Assembly: GCA_017622575.1 (NCBI GenBank)
Contig: JAGAQU010000063.1
Location: 16,304-80,303, forward strand
Length of the DNA: 64,000 bases
Reading direction: 5' to 3'
DNA from: Lachnospiraceae bacterium
Lineage (GTDB): Bacteria; Bacillota; Clostridia; Lachnospirales; Lachnospiraceae
The position numbers and the translations under genes are program-made. Positions 46,247 to 56,465 of the stretch are shown piece after piece. A model generated the notes under the pieces. It worked only from the letters and a program-made list of their open reading frames with translations. It was not told the origin of the DNA and did not search any database. The first letter of the stretch is position 1. Each line of letters opens with the position of its first letter.

Positions 46247-48835
46247 ATGAATATCAATAAATTCACACAGAAGTCCATGGAAGCAGTGGAAGGCTGCCAG
46301 AAGCTTGCTTATGAGTATGGCAATCAGGAAATTGAGCAGGAGCATCTGCTTTACAGCCTCCTTACCATGGAAGACAGCTTGATTTTGAAATTAATAGAAA
46401 AGATGGAGATCAACCCCCAGTACTTTGTAAATAAGGTGGAGGAAGCCATCAGTAAGAGAACGAAGGTACAGGGCGGTCAGCCTTATGTGGGGCAGGATTT
46501 GAATAAGGTTCTGATCTCCGCAGAGGATGAACTGAAGGTCTTTGGCGATGAGTATGTGTCTGTAGAGCATCTGTTCCTCGCCATGATCAAATATCCCAAC
46601 AGAGCGATCAAAGAATTGTTCAAGGAGTTTGGTATTACCAGAGAACGATTCCTGCAGGCTCTTTCTACAGTAAGAGGAAATCAGCGGGTAACCTCCGATA
46701 ATCCGGAGGCAACCTATGATACTCTAGCCAAATACGGACAGGATCTTGTGGAAAAGGCAAGAGACCAGAAGCTGGATCCGGTAATCGGCAGAGACAATGA
46801 AATCAGAAATGTGATCCGTATCCTGTCAAGAAAGACCAAGAACAACCCTGTGCTGATCGGTGAACCCGGTGTGGGAAAAACAGCCGTGGTAGAGGGACTT
46901 GCACAGCGTATTGTAAAGGGGGATGTACCTCAGGGCTTAAAGGACAAGAAGATCTTTGCACTGGATATGGGTGCTCTTGTTGCAGGTGCCAAGTATCGTG
47001 GTGAGTTTGAGGAACGTCTGAAAGCAGTGCTTGAGGATGTAAAGAACAGTGACGGACAGATCATTCTGTTTATCGATGAACTGCATACCATTGTCGGTGC
47101 AGGTAAGACGGATGGAGCTCTTGATGCCGGCAACATGTTAAAGCCTATGCTGGCGAGAGGGGAACTGCACTGTATCGGTGCAACGACACTGGATGAGTAC
47201 AGACAGTATATTGAAAAGGATGCCGCTCTGGAAAGACGTTTCCAGCCGGTTATGGTGGAGGAACCCACCGTGGAGGATACCATTTCCATCCTGCGTGGTC
47301 TGAAGGAGCGGTATGAGGTTTACCACGGTGTCAAGATCATGGATAACGCATTGGTAAGCGCTGCAGTGCTTTCCAACCGGTATATCTCCGACAGGTTTCT
47401 TCCGGATAAGGCAATCGATCTGGTGGATGAGGCATGCGCTCTGATTAAGACAGAGCTTGACTCTATGCCCACAGAGCTGGATGAACTCAATCGTAAGATT
47501 ATGCAGCTCGAAATTGAAGAGATTGCTCTGAAAAAAGAAGATGACCGTTTGAGTCAAGAAAGACTGGAAGCTTTGCAGAAGGAACTTGCTGAACTGCGTG
47601 ATGAATTCAGCAACCGAAAGGCACAATGGGAGAATGAGAAGGCATCTGTAGAAAAGCTTTCCAAACTGCGTGAGGAAATTGATTCTGTGAACAGTCAGAT
47701 TGAAATTGCACAGCGTGAAGGTGATTATGCAAAGGCCAGCGAATTAAATTACAGTAAGCTCCCTTCCTTAAAGAAACAGCTTGAAATTGAAGAAGAACAG
47801 GTGAAGAACAAGGATCTGTCCCTTGTACATGAAAGTGTATCCGAGGAAGAAATTGCAAGAATCATATCCAGATGGACAGGAATTCCCGTTGCCAAGCTGA
47901 CCGAGAGCGAGAGAAACAAGACCCTGCATCTGGATGAGGAACTGCATAAACGTGTGGTAGGGCAGGATGAAGGTGTTACCAAGGTGACAGAGGCAATTAT
48001 CCGATCCAAGGCAGGAATCAAGGATCCTACAAAGCCCATCGGCTCCTTCCTGTTTCTCGGTCCTACCGGTGTAGGTAAGACAGAGTTTGCCAAATCACTG
48101 GCAGCAGCGCTGTTTGATGATGAGAACAATATGGTGCGTATCGATATGAGTGAGTACATGGAGAAATATTCCGTGTCAAGACTGATAGGAGCGCCTCCCG
48201 GATATGTGGGATATGAGGAAGGCGGACAACTGACCGAAGCAGTCAGAAGAAAGCCGTACTCTGTAGTACTCTTTGATGAGATTGAATAGGCTCATCCCGA
48301 TGTGTTCAATGTACTTTTACAGGTACTGGACGACGGACGTATCACGGATTCCCAGGGACGTACGGTAGACTTTAAGAACACCATACTGATCATGACCTCC
48401 AACATCGGCGCTTCCTATCTGCTTGATGGTATTGACCAGAATGGTAACATCAGTGAAGAGGCACAGAAAATGGTGATGGAGGATCTGCGAGCTCATTTCA
48501 GACCGGAATTTTTGAACCGTTTGGACGAAACTATTTTATTTAAGCCATTGTCCAAGGAAAATATTGGTGGTATTATAAAACTGATTATAGCAGATCTGAA
48601 CAGGAGACTTTCCGATAAGGAGCTTACCGTGGAGCTTTCTGAGGCAGCAGAAGCCTTTATCGTAGAAAATGCCTATGATCCTGTCTATGGTGCAAGACCG
48701 TTAAAACGTTATATCCAGAAATATGTGGAAACTCTTTCCGCAAAACTGATTCTTGCTGATAAGGTGGATGAGGGAGATACCATCTGGATTGATGTGAAGA
48801 ATGGCGAACTGACCGCCGAGGCGAAAAGGAGTTAA
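46247..48835 (+). pseudogene. clpB: ClpB disaggregase gene interrupted by an in-frame TAG at 48287-48289
   Basis: The two ORFs (to 48289, and from 48302) are in the same frame. Translation reads [26 protein letters not shown], where ClpB has DEIEKAHPDVFN. Both Walker A motifs ([16 protein letters not shown]) are present. Confidence 0.85.
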
Positions 48836-48843
48836 TCAGAAAT

Positions 48844-49017
48844 ATGATACCACAGGACCCGGTAATGTTGCTCAGCTTTATTAATTTGAAGCTTAGAGAT
48901 TTCTATGGAAGTCTGGATGTGCTTTGTGATGACTTAGATGTCAGCAAGACGGATATAGAAGAAAAGTTGAAAAGCATCGGTTATTCTTATGATAGTGCCA
49001 GAAATCAGTTCATCTGA
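48844..49017 (+). CDS. small protein (57 aa), DUF4250-like
   Basis: MIPQDPVMLLSFINLKLRDFYGSLDVLCDDLDVSKTDIEEKLKSIGYSYDSARNQFI. It is below the ORF-track length cutoff. The family name is from memory. Confidence 0.5.
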   Translation: MIPQDPVMLLSFINLKLRDFYGSLDVLCDDLDVSKTDIEEKLKSIGYSYDSARNQFI

Positions 49018-49045
49018 AAACATGGAATAACAATCATAAAAAAGG

Positions 49046-49094
49046 AAAACGCTATGTAAAAGAAGCAAATCTTTTACATGGCGTTTTATTTTAT
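49046..49094 (+). terminator. intrinsic terminator after the clpB / small-ORF unit
   Basis: About 17-bp stem (AAAACGCTATGTAAAAG / CTTTTACATGGCGTTTT, one G-U pair) with an 8-nt loop and a T-rich tail. Confidence 0.75.
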
Positions 49095-49192
49095 GATTGA
49101 AGAAACTGTCTTTTTGGAATATACTTAACACGTGCGCTTCTGAATAATAAGTGGGCGTGAGCAAAGGCAGAAGTAAGATTTAAAGGAGTTTT

Positions 49193-50392
49193 TTGGTGAA
49201 TCAGCAATTGGATAATGAGGAAATAATAAGGGAAAGACGCAGACAGAAGATGCGGGAAATGCAGCGGCAGAAGCAAAAGCAGATGCAGATGAGAAAGGCA
49301 ATTCGGACGTATGCACCTCTGGTGGGCGGATTCCTCATTCTTTGCATTATCATATTTATAGGTTATAAAATTTTCAGGAAAACTTTTGGGTTAGATCAAT
49401 ATAAGGAAAATAAAACGGAAATAGAGCAGACTGACAATAATGTCGCTGATGAGACAGTGAGCCTTCAGGTTGCAAATGGAGAAGATGACAGTATTGACGA
49501 AACCGGTCAAAAGGCAGAATTTCCAACAGAAAACAAAGCGCAGAAGGTTTATAATGCAAAGATTACAGAGGATACGATGCAGCCGGGCGAGGATGTCATC
49601 AGTAAGCATGCGATTCTGATTGATTTAGACAATGATACGATTCTTGCACAGAGAGATGCATCTGCCATTATCAATCCTGCTTCCATGACAAAAATTTTAA
49701 CGGTTTTGGTTGCGGCAGAGAACATAGGTGAAGAAAATCTTGAGGACACTTTTACCATAACGATTGATATTACGGATTACAGTTACAGAAATGACTGCAG
49801 TAATGTAGGATTTGACGTTGGAGAAACGGTTACAGTCCGTGATCTGCTTTACGGAACGATTTTGCCTTCCGGTGGCGATGCTGCACTGGGACTTGCAACC
49901 TATGTTGCCGGGAGTCAGGAAGCCTTCGTTACTATGATGAATGATAAGCTTGAGGAACTGGGACTTTCAAAAACGGCTCATTTTACCAACTGCATTGGAC
50001 TTTATGACGAGGAGCACTACTGTACAGTTTATGATATGGCAATGATTCTGGAGGCAGCTCTTGACAATGAACTGTGCAGGGAAGTCTTGTCTGCGCATAC
50101 TTACACTACCTCAGAGACACAGCAGCATCCGGAGGGAATCACGATCTCCAACTGGTTCCTCAGAAGGATTGAGGACAAGGATACAGGCGGAGAAGTTGTC
50201 TGTGGCAAGACAGGGTATGTAGTACAGTCCGGAAACTGCGCTGCAAGCTATGGAATCGACAATGCGGGCAAAAGATATATTTGTGTGACCGCTGATTCCA
50301 CCAGCAGCTGGAGATGTATCTATGATCATGTCGCTCTGTATAAGCAGTTTTCTACAGGAAATGACAGTGAGGACCTGCCTGAAGAACAGTGA
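49193..50392 (+). CDS. membrane-anchored D-alanyl-D-alanine carboxypeptidase (S11) family protein with a variant SxN motif
   Basis: SMTK (SxxK) and KTG are present. The SxN position reads SGG (49868-49876). TTG/GTG start, with a basic N-terminus followed by a TM helix. Confidence 0.7.
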   Translation: MVNQQLDNEEIIRERRRQKMREMQRQKQKQMQMRKAIRTYAPLVGGFLILCIIIFIGYKIFRKTFGLDQYKENKTEIEQTDNNVADETVSLQVANGEDDSIDETGQKAEFPTENKAQKVYNAKITEDTMQPGEDVISKHAILIDLDNDTILAQRDASAIINPASMTKILTVLVAAENIGEENLEDTFTITIDITDYSYRNDCSNVGFDVGETVTVRDLLYGTILPSGGDAALGLATYVAGSQEAFVTMMNDKLEELGLSKTAHFTNCIGLYDEEHYCTVYDMAMILEAALDNELCREVLSAHTYTTSETQQHPEGITISNWFLRRIEDKDTGGEVVCGKTGYVVQSGNCAASYGIDNAGKRYICVTADSTSSWRCIYDHVALYKQFSTGNDSEDLPEEQ

Positions 50393-50487
50393 AGAAGTAA
50401 AAAATAAGAAAGATTGCCTGGCATGCAGGAAAATTACGGGCATATAAATAGAATAAGATTTCTTATAAAGTAGAGAAGCCTTGTAAT

Positions 50488-51162
50488 ATGAAAAAAAGGA
50501 TTTTATCCTGTATTATATTGATGATTTTTCTCGGACTAATCTGTCTGGCCGGCTATCGAAAGTCAGGGCCCGGAGCGGTTATGGGAAAAGCTGTTACGGA
50601 GGAAGGCAATAAAAAAATCGCCCTCACTTTCGATGACGGTCCACATCCCTATTATACGGAGCAATTGCTGAAAGGGTTAAGAGAACGCGGTGTAAAAGCC
50701 ACATTCTTTATTACGGGAAAGAATGTGGAAGCTTATCCTGAAATTGTGAAGGAAATATATGATGATGGACATTTGATCGGCAATCATACTTATAGCCATA
50801 CTCAGCTGACTTCCAAAAATGAGGATGCTTTTAGACAGGAGCTTATTAAAACAAACGAAGTAATCAGGGAAGTGACAGGTGAGGACACGATTTATGTTCG
50901 CCCGCCCTACGGCAGTTGGAACAAGGAATTTGAAAAAGAACTGAATATGTTTCCTGTGCTTTGGACGATCGATCCACTTGACTGGTGCAGCAGCAATGTT
51001 TCCTGCATTGTAAACACAGTCTGCTCAAAGGTGGGGGAGAATGATATCATTCTTATGCATGATCAATATAAAACGACAGTGACAGCAGCCCTTACAATTG
51101 TGGACGAACTGACGAAGGAAGGATATGAGTTTGCTACGGTGGATGAGCTGTTGTTTGACTGA
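50488..51162 (+). CDS. polysaccharide deacetylase (CE4, PgdA-like) family protein
   Basis: TFDDGP, HTYSH and RPPYG motifs, with an N-terminal signal/anchor. Confidence 0.85.
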   Translation: MKKRILSCIILMIFLGLICLAGYRKSGPGAVMGKAVTEEGNKKIALTFDDGPHPYYTEQLLKGLRERGVKATFFITGKNVEAYPEIVKEIYDDGHLIGNHTYSHTQLTSKNEDAFRQELIKTNEVIREVTGEDTIYVRPPYGSWNKEFEKELNMFPVLWTIDPLDWCSSNVSCIVNTVCSKVGENDIILMHDQYKTTVTAALTIVDELTKEGYEFATVDELLFD

Positions 51163-51347
51163 AGATAAACTTTTAGCTAAAAAATAGCTTATTTTTTGAG
51201 TTTTTAACTTAAACGATTGAGTGAAAGCCGGATATGTGTAATCTGAATAAAAAAATTATAAAATTTAAAAAATCACTGTTGATTTTGCTTAAAATATAAT
51301 ATACTATAAGCACAGATGCAAACGATAATTTTTTGGGAGGGAACATT

Positions 51348-53606
51348 ATGAAGTTACCGGCAAGACAGCCTAAGCCGCCGAAGGCAGCAAAGGAGCCTAA
51401 GGTAAAGAGAGAAAAAAAACCAAAAATGCCGAAAAATCAAGGAAAATTGAAAGCTTTGAAAGAAGCCTGGGCAGTGAAATTAAAGTCTTTGAAAGGTACG
51501 AAAACGATAAAGGAAGACAGGCAGGATAAAGAACCTAAGAACAGAAAGCCAAGTAAACTGTTTGGCTTGCAGAACAAAATATTTATCTGTTTTATCGTGC
51601 CTATTGTTTTCATGATAGCAGTCGGGTTTATTTCCTATTATTATTCTGCTGAGGGCTTAAGCGAGAAATTTAAGGAAGCTTCCGGACAGACTGCCAATAT
51701 GGCAATTCAGTATCTGGATACCAGCTGCACTTACATTCAGGCAGATGGTATGAAATATGCTTTTGACAGTAACATTGAAAATTATACCCTGGGATTGCCG
51801 GGGAAAAGCGTTGCCGAAAAAGCAAATTTTCAGAGTGATACAAGAGTGACACTTATGGCATCCCAGACCTCTAATCCGTTTGTAAGCAATATACATATCA
51901 TTCCTAAGACAGGAAGTGCAGTTATAACTACCATGGATTCCAATAAATATGACGGATTTTATGACAGCTATTGTGAGGAAATGCTGAACTATTCCGAGGA
52001 TGGGCGTACGCTTCCCAAATGGGTGGAGGAGCATCCGCTTCTGGATGAGAATCTGGGACTTTCGGGGGACGATTATTTTATTGCTTATCAGACTCAGACC
52101 AGTAAAAAATTTGCCTGCGTTGTCATTGATGTAAAGACAGATGCACTGCTTGGCATTCTGGATGAGATGGATCTTGGTGACGGCAGTATCACAGGATTTG
52201 TCACAGCAGGAGGAAAAGAACTTCTTTGCGAGAATACGGCTGAGGGAGAGCAGAGCAGCCTTGCGGAGGGCGAAAAGGTTTTTGCTGATCAGGAATTTTA
52301 TTTGAAGAGTCTTGAATCCGAGGAGACTACAGGCGCAATGGATGTGACCTGGCACGGAGAAAAATATCTGTATATTTATGCGAAGAGCGAAATCTGTGAT
52401 GTGACATTGTGTGAGCTTATTCCTGTTAATGTTGTGACAGGTCAGGCTGAAAAGATAAAGAATATCACAATAACTCTTGTGATACTGGCAGCTATCATAT
52501 CGGTGATCATAGGTTTGTTCATTACCTTTGGTATCCAGAGAAATATGAAGAGGATATCAAAGAAACTGGATGAGGTTGCCAAAGGAGACCTTACAGTCAG
52601 TGTGAAGGCTCACGGAAGAGATGAATTCCAGTCACTGGCAACATCAGCCACTAATATGATTTACAATAATAAGAAGCTGGTACAGAAGCTTTCGGGAACT
52701 GTTCAGCAGCTTGAAAATTCCACCAATGATGTAAACAATGCTTCCGGTGATATCAACAGTTGTTCTGCCGATATTACAAGGGCAATTGATGAGATCAGCC
52801 AGGGAATGTCCAAGCAGGCGGAGCACGCCGAGGAATGTGTGATTATGACCAACGCTTTATCCGAGAAGATGAAGGGTATCAGCGATATGGTAGTGGAAGT
52901 GGAAACTCTGATAGACAAAACAGAGAAGATGATCGACCATGGAACTGAAATTGTAAATGCTCTGGGCGAGAGAGCGAGAGAGACGTCAGATATCACATCA
53001 AGAGTGGGAAGCAGCATTGAGGTATTAAAGACAGAATCCGATATCATCAACGGTTTTGTACAGACCATAAGTGATATTTCCAGACAGACAAATTTACTTT
53101 CCCTGAATGCTTCCATTGAAGCGGCAAGAGCAGGCGCTGCAGGACGTGGATTTGCTGTGGTTGCAGAGGAAATTCGTAAGCTGGCTGATGATTCAAATAA
53201 GGCTGCAGAAGAAATACGCAACAATGTAGCGAATATCAGCGCCCAGACCTTGAGCAGTGTGAACAGTGCAAAAGAGGCAGAGGCCATGGTTGCGCTACAG
53301 ACAGAAGCTGTGGACGAGGTTGTCACTGTATTTAAGAATATGAACGATCAGATGGCGAATCTGTTCTCAAGTCTGAAGAAAATTGCAGAGAGTACCGAAT
53401 CGGCAGATAAAGAAAGAAATGAAACTCTGGATGCGGTGGAAAATATTTCCGCAATCATAGAAGAAACTGCAAGCGGATCGGAACTGGTTCACGGAATGGC
53501 GATGCAACTGCTCAGCAGTGTGGAAAAATTAAATGAAACTGCCAAGAATCTTGATGAAGATATGAATGGACTGAAGACGGAAATTTCAGTTTTCAAGTTA
53601 GATTAA
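51348..53606 (+). CDS. methyl-accepting chemotaxis protein with a Lys-rich N-terminal extension
   Basis: Two TM helices bracket a domain of about 270 aa. A HAMP domain follows, and the signalling-domain hairpin reads [36 protein letters not shown]. Confidence 0.85.
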   Translation: MKLPARQPKPPKAAKEPKVKREKKPKMPKNQGKLKALKEAWAVKLKSLKGTKTIKEDRQDKEPKNRKPSKLFGLQNKIFICFIVPIVFMIAVGFISYYYSAEGLSEKFKEASGQTANMAIQYLDTSCTYIQADGMKYAFDSNIENYTLGLPGKSVAEKANFQSDTRVTLMASQTSNPFVSNIHIIPKTGSAVITTMDSNKYDGFYDSYCEEMLNYSEDGRTLPKWVEEHPLLDENLGLSGDDYFIAYQTQTSKKFACVVIDVKTDALLGILDEMDLGDGSITGFVTAGGKELLCENTAEGEQSSLAEGEKVFADQEFYLKSLESEETTGAMDVTWHGEKYLYIYAKSEICDVTLCELIPVNVVTGQAEKIKNITITLVILAAIISVIIGLFITFGIQRNMKRISKKLDEVAKGDLTVSVKAHGRDEFQSLATSATNMIYNNKKLVQKLSGTVQQLENSTNDVNNASGDINSCSADITRAIDEISQGMSKQAEHAEECVIMTNALSEKMKGISDMVVEVETLIDKTEKMIDHGTEIVNALGERARETSDITSRVGSSIEVLKTESDIINGFVQTISDISRQTNLLSLNASIEAARAGAAGRGFAVVAEEIRKLADDSNKAAEEIRNNVANISAQTLSSVNSAKEAEAMVALQTEAVDEVVTVFKNMNDQMANLFSSLKKIAESTESADKERNETLDAVENISAIIEETASGSELVHGMAMQLLSSVEKLNETAKNLDEDMNGLKTEISVFKLD

Positions 53607-53625
53607 AGGCAGATGAAGAAAATAT

Positions 53626-53671
53626 AAGAGGTTATCCTTTCAGGTAAGAGAATCTGAAAGGATAACCTCTT
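53626..53671. terminator. bidirectional terminator between the MCP and amidohydrolase genes
   Basis: 18-bp stem AAGAGGTTATCCTTTCAG / CTGAAAGGATAACCTCTT with a 10-nt loop. Confidence 0.85.
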
Positions 53672-53688
53672 TATTTATGGGAAAAGAT

Positions 53689-54912
53689 CTATTTGTGTTC
53701 CTGCAGCCAGCGCATAGCGGTATAGGCATAAACAGCGCTTCCTGAGGGAAGAACACTCTCGTCAAATTTTGCCTTGGGATGATGTTGAGGGTAACAGTAA
53801 CCCTGATCCGGTTGTCCTGAAGCCAGTGCCAGCATAATAGAAGGTACTTCCTGAGAGACATAGGCAAAATCTTCTGATCCTGATGTCTTTGCAGGCTTTC
53901 CGCCTCCTGACAGAGCGTTAAGCTGGCCGGCGGTAAATGCCTTTTCAGTTCCGAGAAGTTCCTTTACGTATTTGGCAGCATCTGCTGACAGAGCATTGTC
54001 ATTAAGAAGGGTAGGGCAACCGTTTCCGAAAGACACTTCTGCACTTCCACGGAAGGTTTCCGCAACGCCTTTTGCAATCTCCGTCATTCTTGTTTTGATA
54101 TAGTCTCTGATTTCTTCATCGTAAGTGCGGATAGAACCGGTCAGTTCTACCGTATCGGGAATGACATTGGCAGCGTTGCCAGCGTGAATGGTTCCCACTG
54201 TAAGTACTGCTTCATCCATAATGGCAAGTTCCCTTGCGCTGAGCTCCTGAAGGGCAATGATAGTATGGGCAGCGATGTTGACAGGATCGATACCGGTATT
54301 GGGCATGGAACCGTGACAGCCTTTTCCCTGAATCTTGATGGTAAAGAAATCACAGGCCGGTGCACTGACACCGCCGTCACAGACGATAACAGTACCCGGG
54401 GTCATGGGCATATTTGTCATAACATGAATCATCAGTGCGGCGTCCACGTCAGGATTTTTCAAAAGACCTGCATCGATCATGTCGTGTGAACCTTTAAAGA
54501 TTTCTTCCGCAGGCTGAAAATCAAGCTTGATGGTTCCCTCAATTTCATTCTCATGCTGTTTCAAGAGGCGTGCCGCACCAAGCAGCATGGCAGCATGCAT
54601 ATCATGTCCACAGGCATGCATTTTACCGGTGGGCGATTGAAAGTCGACATCAGCTTCCTCCTGAATGGGAAGTGCATCCATATCGGCTCTCAGCATAAAC
54701 ACTTTGCCCGGTTTTTTGCCTCCTGCGAGTACGGTGAGCCCTGATTTGCCGCATGGCTTCGGCTCATATCCCATTTTGACCAGCTGTTCCTTTACATAAG
54801 CGGTTGTTTCTTTTAAGTCAAAGCCTGTCTCTGCATGAGTGTGCAGATAACGGCGGTCACTGACAATCTGATCTTTTAAAGCGAAAGCTTCCTCCAATAG
54901 TTTTTGTTCCAT
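53689..54912 (-). CDS. M20D family amidohydrolase (aminoacylase / hippurate hydrolase-like)
   Basis: Start at MEQKLL with GGAGGT upstream. MHACGHDMH and the EE..G motifs of M20D are present. Confidence 0.85.
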   Translation of the reverse strand: MEQKLLEEAFALKDQIVSDRRYLHTHAETGFDLKETTAYVKEQLVKMGYEPKPCGKSGLTVLAGGKKPGKVFMLRADMDALPIQEEADVDFQSPTGKMHACGHDMHAAMLLGAARLLKQHENEIEGTIKLDFQPAEEIFKGSHDMIDAGLLKNPDVDAALMIHVMTNMPMTPGTVIVCDGGVSAPACDFFTIKIQGKGCHGSMPNTGIDPVNIAAHTIIALQELSARELAIMDEAVLTVGTIHAGNAANVIPDTVELTGSIRTYDEEIRDYIKTRMTEIAKGVAETFRGSAEVSFGNGCPTLLNDNALSADAAKYVKELLGTEKAFTAGQLNALSGGGKPAKTSGSEDFAYVSQEVPSIMLALASGQPDQGYCYPQHHPKAKFDESVLPSGSAVYAYTAMRWLQEHK

Positions 54913-54942
54913 GATATAGTACCTCCATTTTGGTTTTCTTAT

Positions 54943-54972
54943 AAAAAAAGCGCCCCCTGTTTGTGAGCGCTT
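54943..54972 (-). terminator. leader terminator upstream of the M20D amidohydrolase start codon
   Basis: Minus strand reads AAGCGCTC / GGGCGCTT as an 8-bp stem (one G-U pair; this becomes a C-A mismatch on the plus strand) with an 8-nt loop and a T-run. It lies between the promoter and the RBS. Confidence 0.55.
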
Positions 54973-54984
54973 TTGTGTTCCATG

Positions 54985-55004
54985 AGACGACTCGCAAAGC
55001 GTGT
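54985..55004. repeat. 20-nt motif AGACGACTCGCAAAGCGTGT, copy B
   Basis: Exact copy of 44385-44404. On the minus strand it lies within the amidohydrolase leader, 10 nt 5' of the leader terminator. Confidence 0.9.
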
Positions 55005-55028
55005 TGACGATTGCCTTGCAATAAGGTA

Positions 55029-55057
55029 ATAATAGCAACGGCAAGATAGTTTGTCAA
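55029..55057 (-). promoter_or_regulatory. sigma-A promoter of the M20D amidohydrolase
   Basis: Minus strand reads TTGACA, 17-nt spacer, TATTAT. Confidence 0.7.
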
Positions 55058-55132
55058 CCTGTAAAAATTCCTTGGCGGCAGGCGCTTGATAAGGTATAAT
55101 TCATATAGAATAAAATGTACCGAGGAACAGAG

Positions 55133-56464
55133 ATGGATTTATTTGAATATATGAGAGCCACCAGTATGGAAAAGGAATCTCCTCTGGCGGCAAGACTTCG
55201 TCCGACTACGCTGGACGAGGTAGTCGGTCAGCAGCATATTATCGGCAAGGACAAGCTTTTGTATCGGGCGATCAAAGCGGATAAATTGGGCTCCATTATC
55301 TTTTACGGACCGCCCGGCACCGGAAAGACAACACTGGCAAAAGTGATCGCTAACACGACAAGCGCGGAATTTACTCAGTTGAATGCCACGGTTGCCGGAA
55401 AAAAAGATATGGAAGAGGTGGTGAAGGCCGCCAAGGACAGACTTGGAATGTATGGGAAAAAGACTATACTTTTTATCGACGAAATTCACCGTTTCAATAA
55501 AGGACAACAGGATTATCTTCTCCCCTTTGTGGAGGACGGAACACTGATCCTCATCGGCGCAACCACGGAGAATCCTTATTTTGAAGTGAACAGTGCATTG
55601 ATTTCAAGATCCATTATCTTTGAACTGAAACCCTTAAGTATGAAGGATGTCAAGACACTGATCAGGAGGGCTGTTTACGATAAGGAAAAGGGGATGGGCG
55701 CTTATGATGCAGTCATCGATGAGGAAGCACTTACATTCCTTGCCGATGTGGCAGGAGGAGATGCAAGGCATGCCTTAAACGCCGTGGAGCTTGGAATCAT
55801 GACCACGGAACGCTCAGAGGATGGCAAGATACATATTACGCTTGATGTGGCACAGGAGTGCATTCAGAAGCGTGCAGTGCGCTATGATAAGAACGGTGAC
55901 AATCATTACGATACCATTTCGGCATTTATCAAGAGTATGAGAGGGTCGGATCCGGATGCGGCGGTTTATTATCTTGCCAGGATGCTGTATGCGGGAGAAA
56001 GTGTTACTTTTATTGCAAGACGTATTATGATCTGTGCAGCCGAGGATGTAGGAATGGCAGATCCCCAGGCACTTCAGGTGGCGGTAAATGCTTCACTTGC
56101 AGTGGAAAGAGTGGGAATGCCGGAGGCACAGATCATTTTGTCGGAGGCTGCCATGTATGTAGCCTGTGCCCCGAAAAGTAATGCCTGTGTGCAGGCAATA
56201 GGAGAAGCCATGAGTGAAGTGGAACAGACAGGAAATTTAGCCATACCTACCCATCTTCAGGATGCTCACTATAAGGGAGCAGCAAAGCTTTCACACGGAA
56301 CAGGGTATAAATATGCCCACGATTATCCCAATCATTATGTGGAGCAACAGTATCTGCCTTATGAACTGAACGGAAAGGAATTTTATCATCCGTCCGGAAA
56401 CGGCTATGAAGTGAAAATAAAAGAGCATATGAGCCGAATTAAGAGAGAAGCGAAGGAAAGTTAG
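55133..56464 (+). CDS. rarA: replication-associated recombination protein A (MgsA/RarA AAA+ ATPase)
   Basis: PLAARLRPTTLDEVVGQQH, Walker A (GPPGTGKTT), Walker B (FIDEIHRFNK) and the C-terminal MgsA domain. Confidence 0.9.
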   Translation: MDLFEYMRATSMEKESPLAARLRPTTLDEVVGQQHIIGKDKLLYRAIKADKLGSIIFYGPPGTGKTTLAKVIANTTSAEFTQLNATVAGKKDMEEVVKAAKDRLGMYGKKTILFIDEIHRFNKGQQDYLLPFVEDGTLILIGATTENPYFEVNSALISRSIIFELKPLSMKDVKTLIRRAVYDKEKGMGAYDAVIDEEALTFLADVAGGDARHALNAVELGIMTTERSEDGKIHITLDVAQECIQKRAVRYDKNGDNHYDTISAFIKSMRGSDPDAAVYYLARMLYAGESVTFIARRIMICAAEDVGMADPQALQVAVNASLAVERVGMPEAQIILSEAAMYVACAPKSNACVQAIGEAMSEVEQTGNLAIPTHLQDAHYKGAAKLSHGTGYKYAHDYPNHYVEQQYLPYELNGKEFYHPSGNGYEVKIKEHMSRIKREAKES

Positions 56465-56465
56465 T

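Noticed and set aside
48287-48289. Programmed amber recoding (pyrrolysine or a suppressor) in clpB.
   Set aside because: TAG terminates other genes in the window (hom at 4355-4357, glnS at 16284-16286). The conserved residue at this position is Lys, and no pyl genes or downstream recoding structure were noticed. A mutation or a sequencing error is more parsimonious.
44385-55004. The two 20-nt direct repeats as att sites bounding a 10.6-kb genomic island.
   Set aside because: The enclosed genes are housekeeping-like (hsp20, clpB, cell-wall enzymes, MCP, amidohydrolase). There are no integrase or mobility genes. Both copies share a motif-plus-terminator layout that points to a regulatory or RNA element instead.
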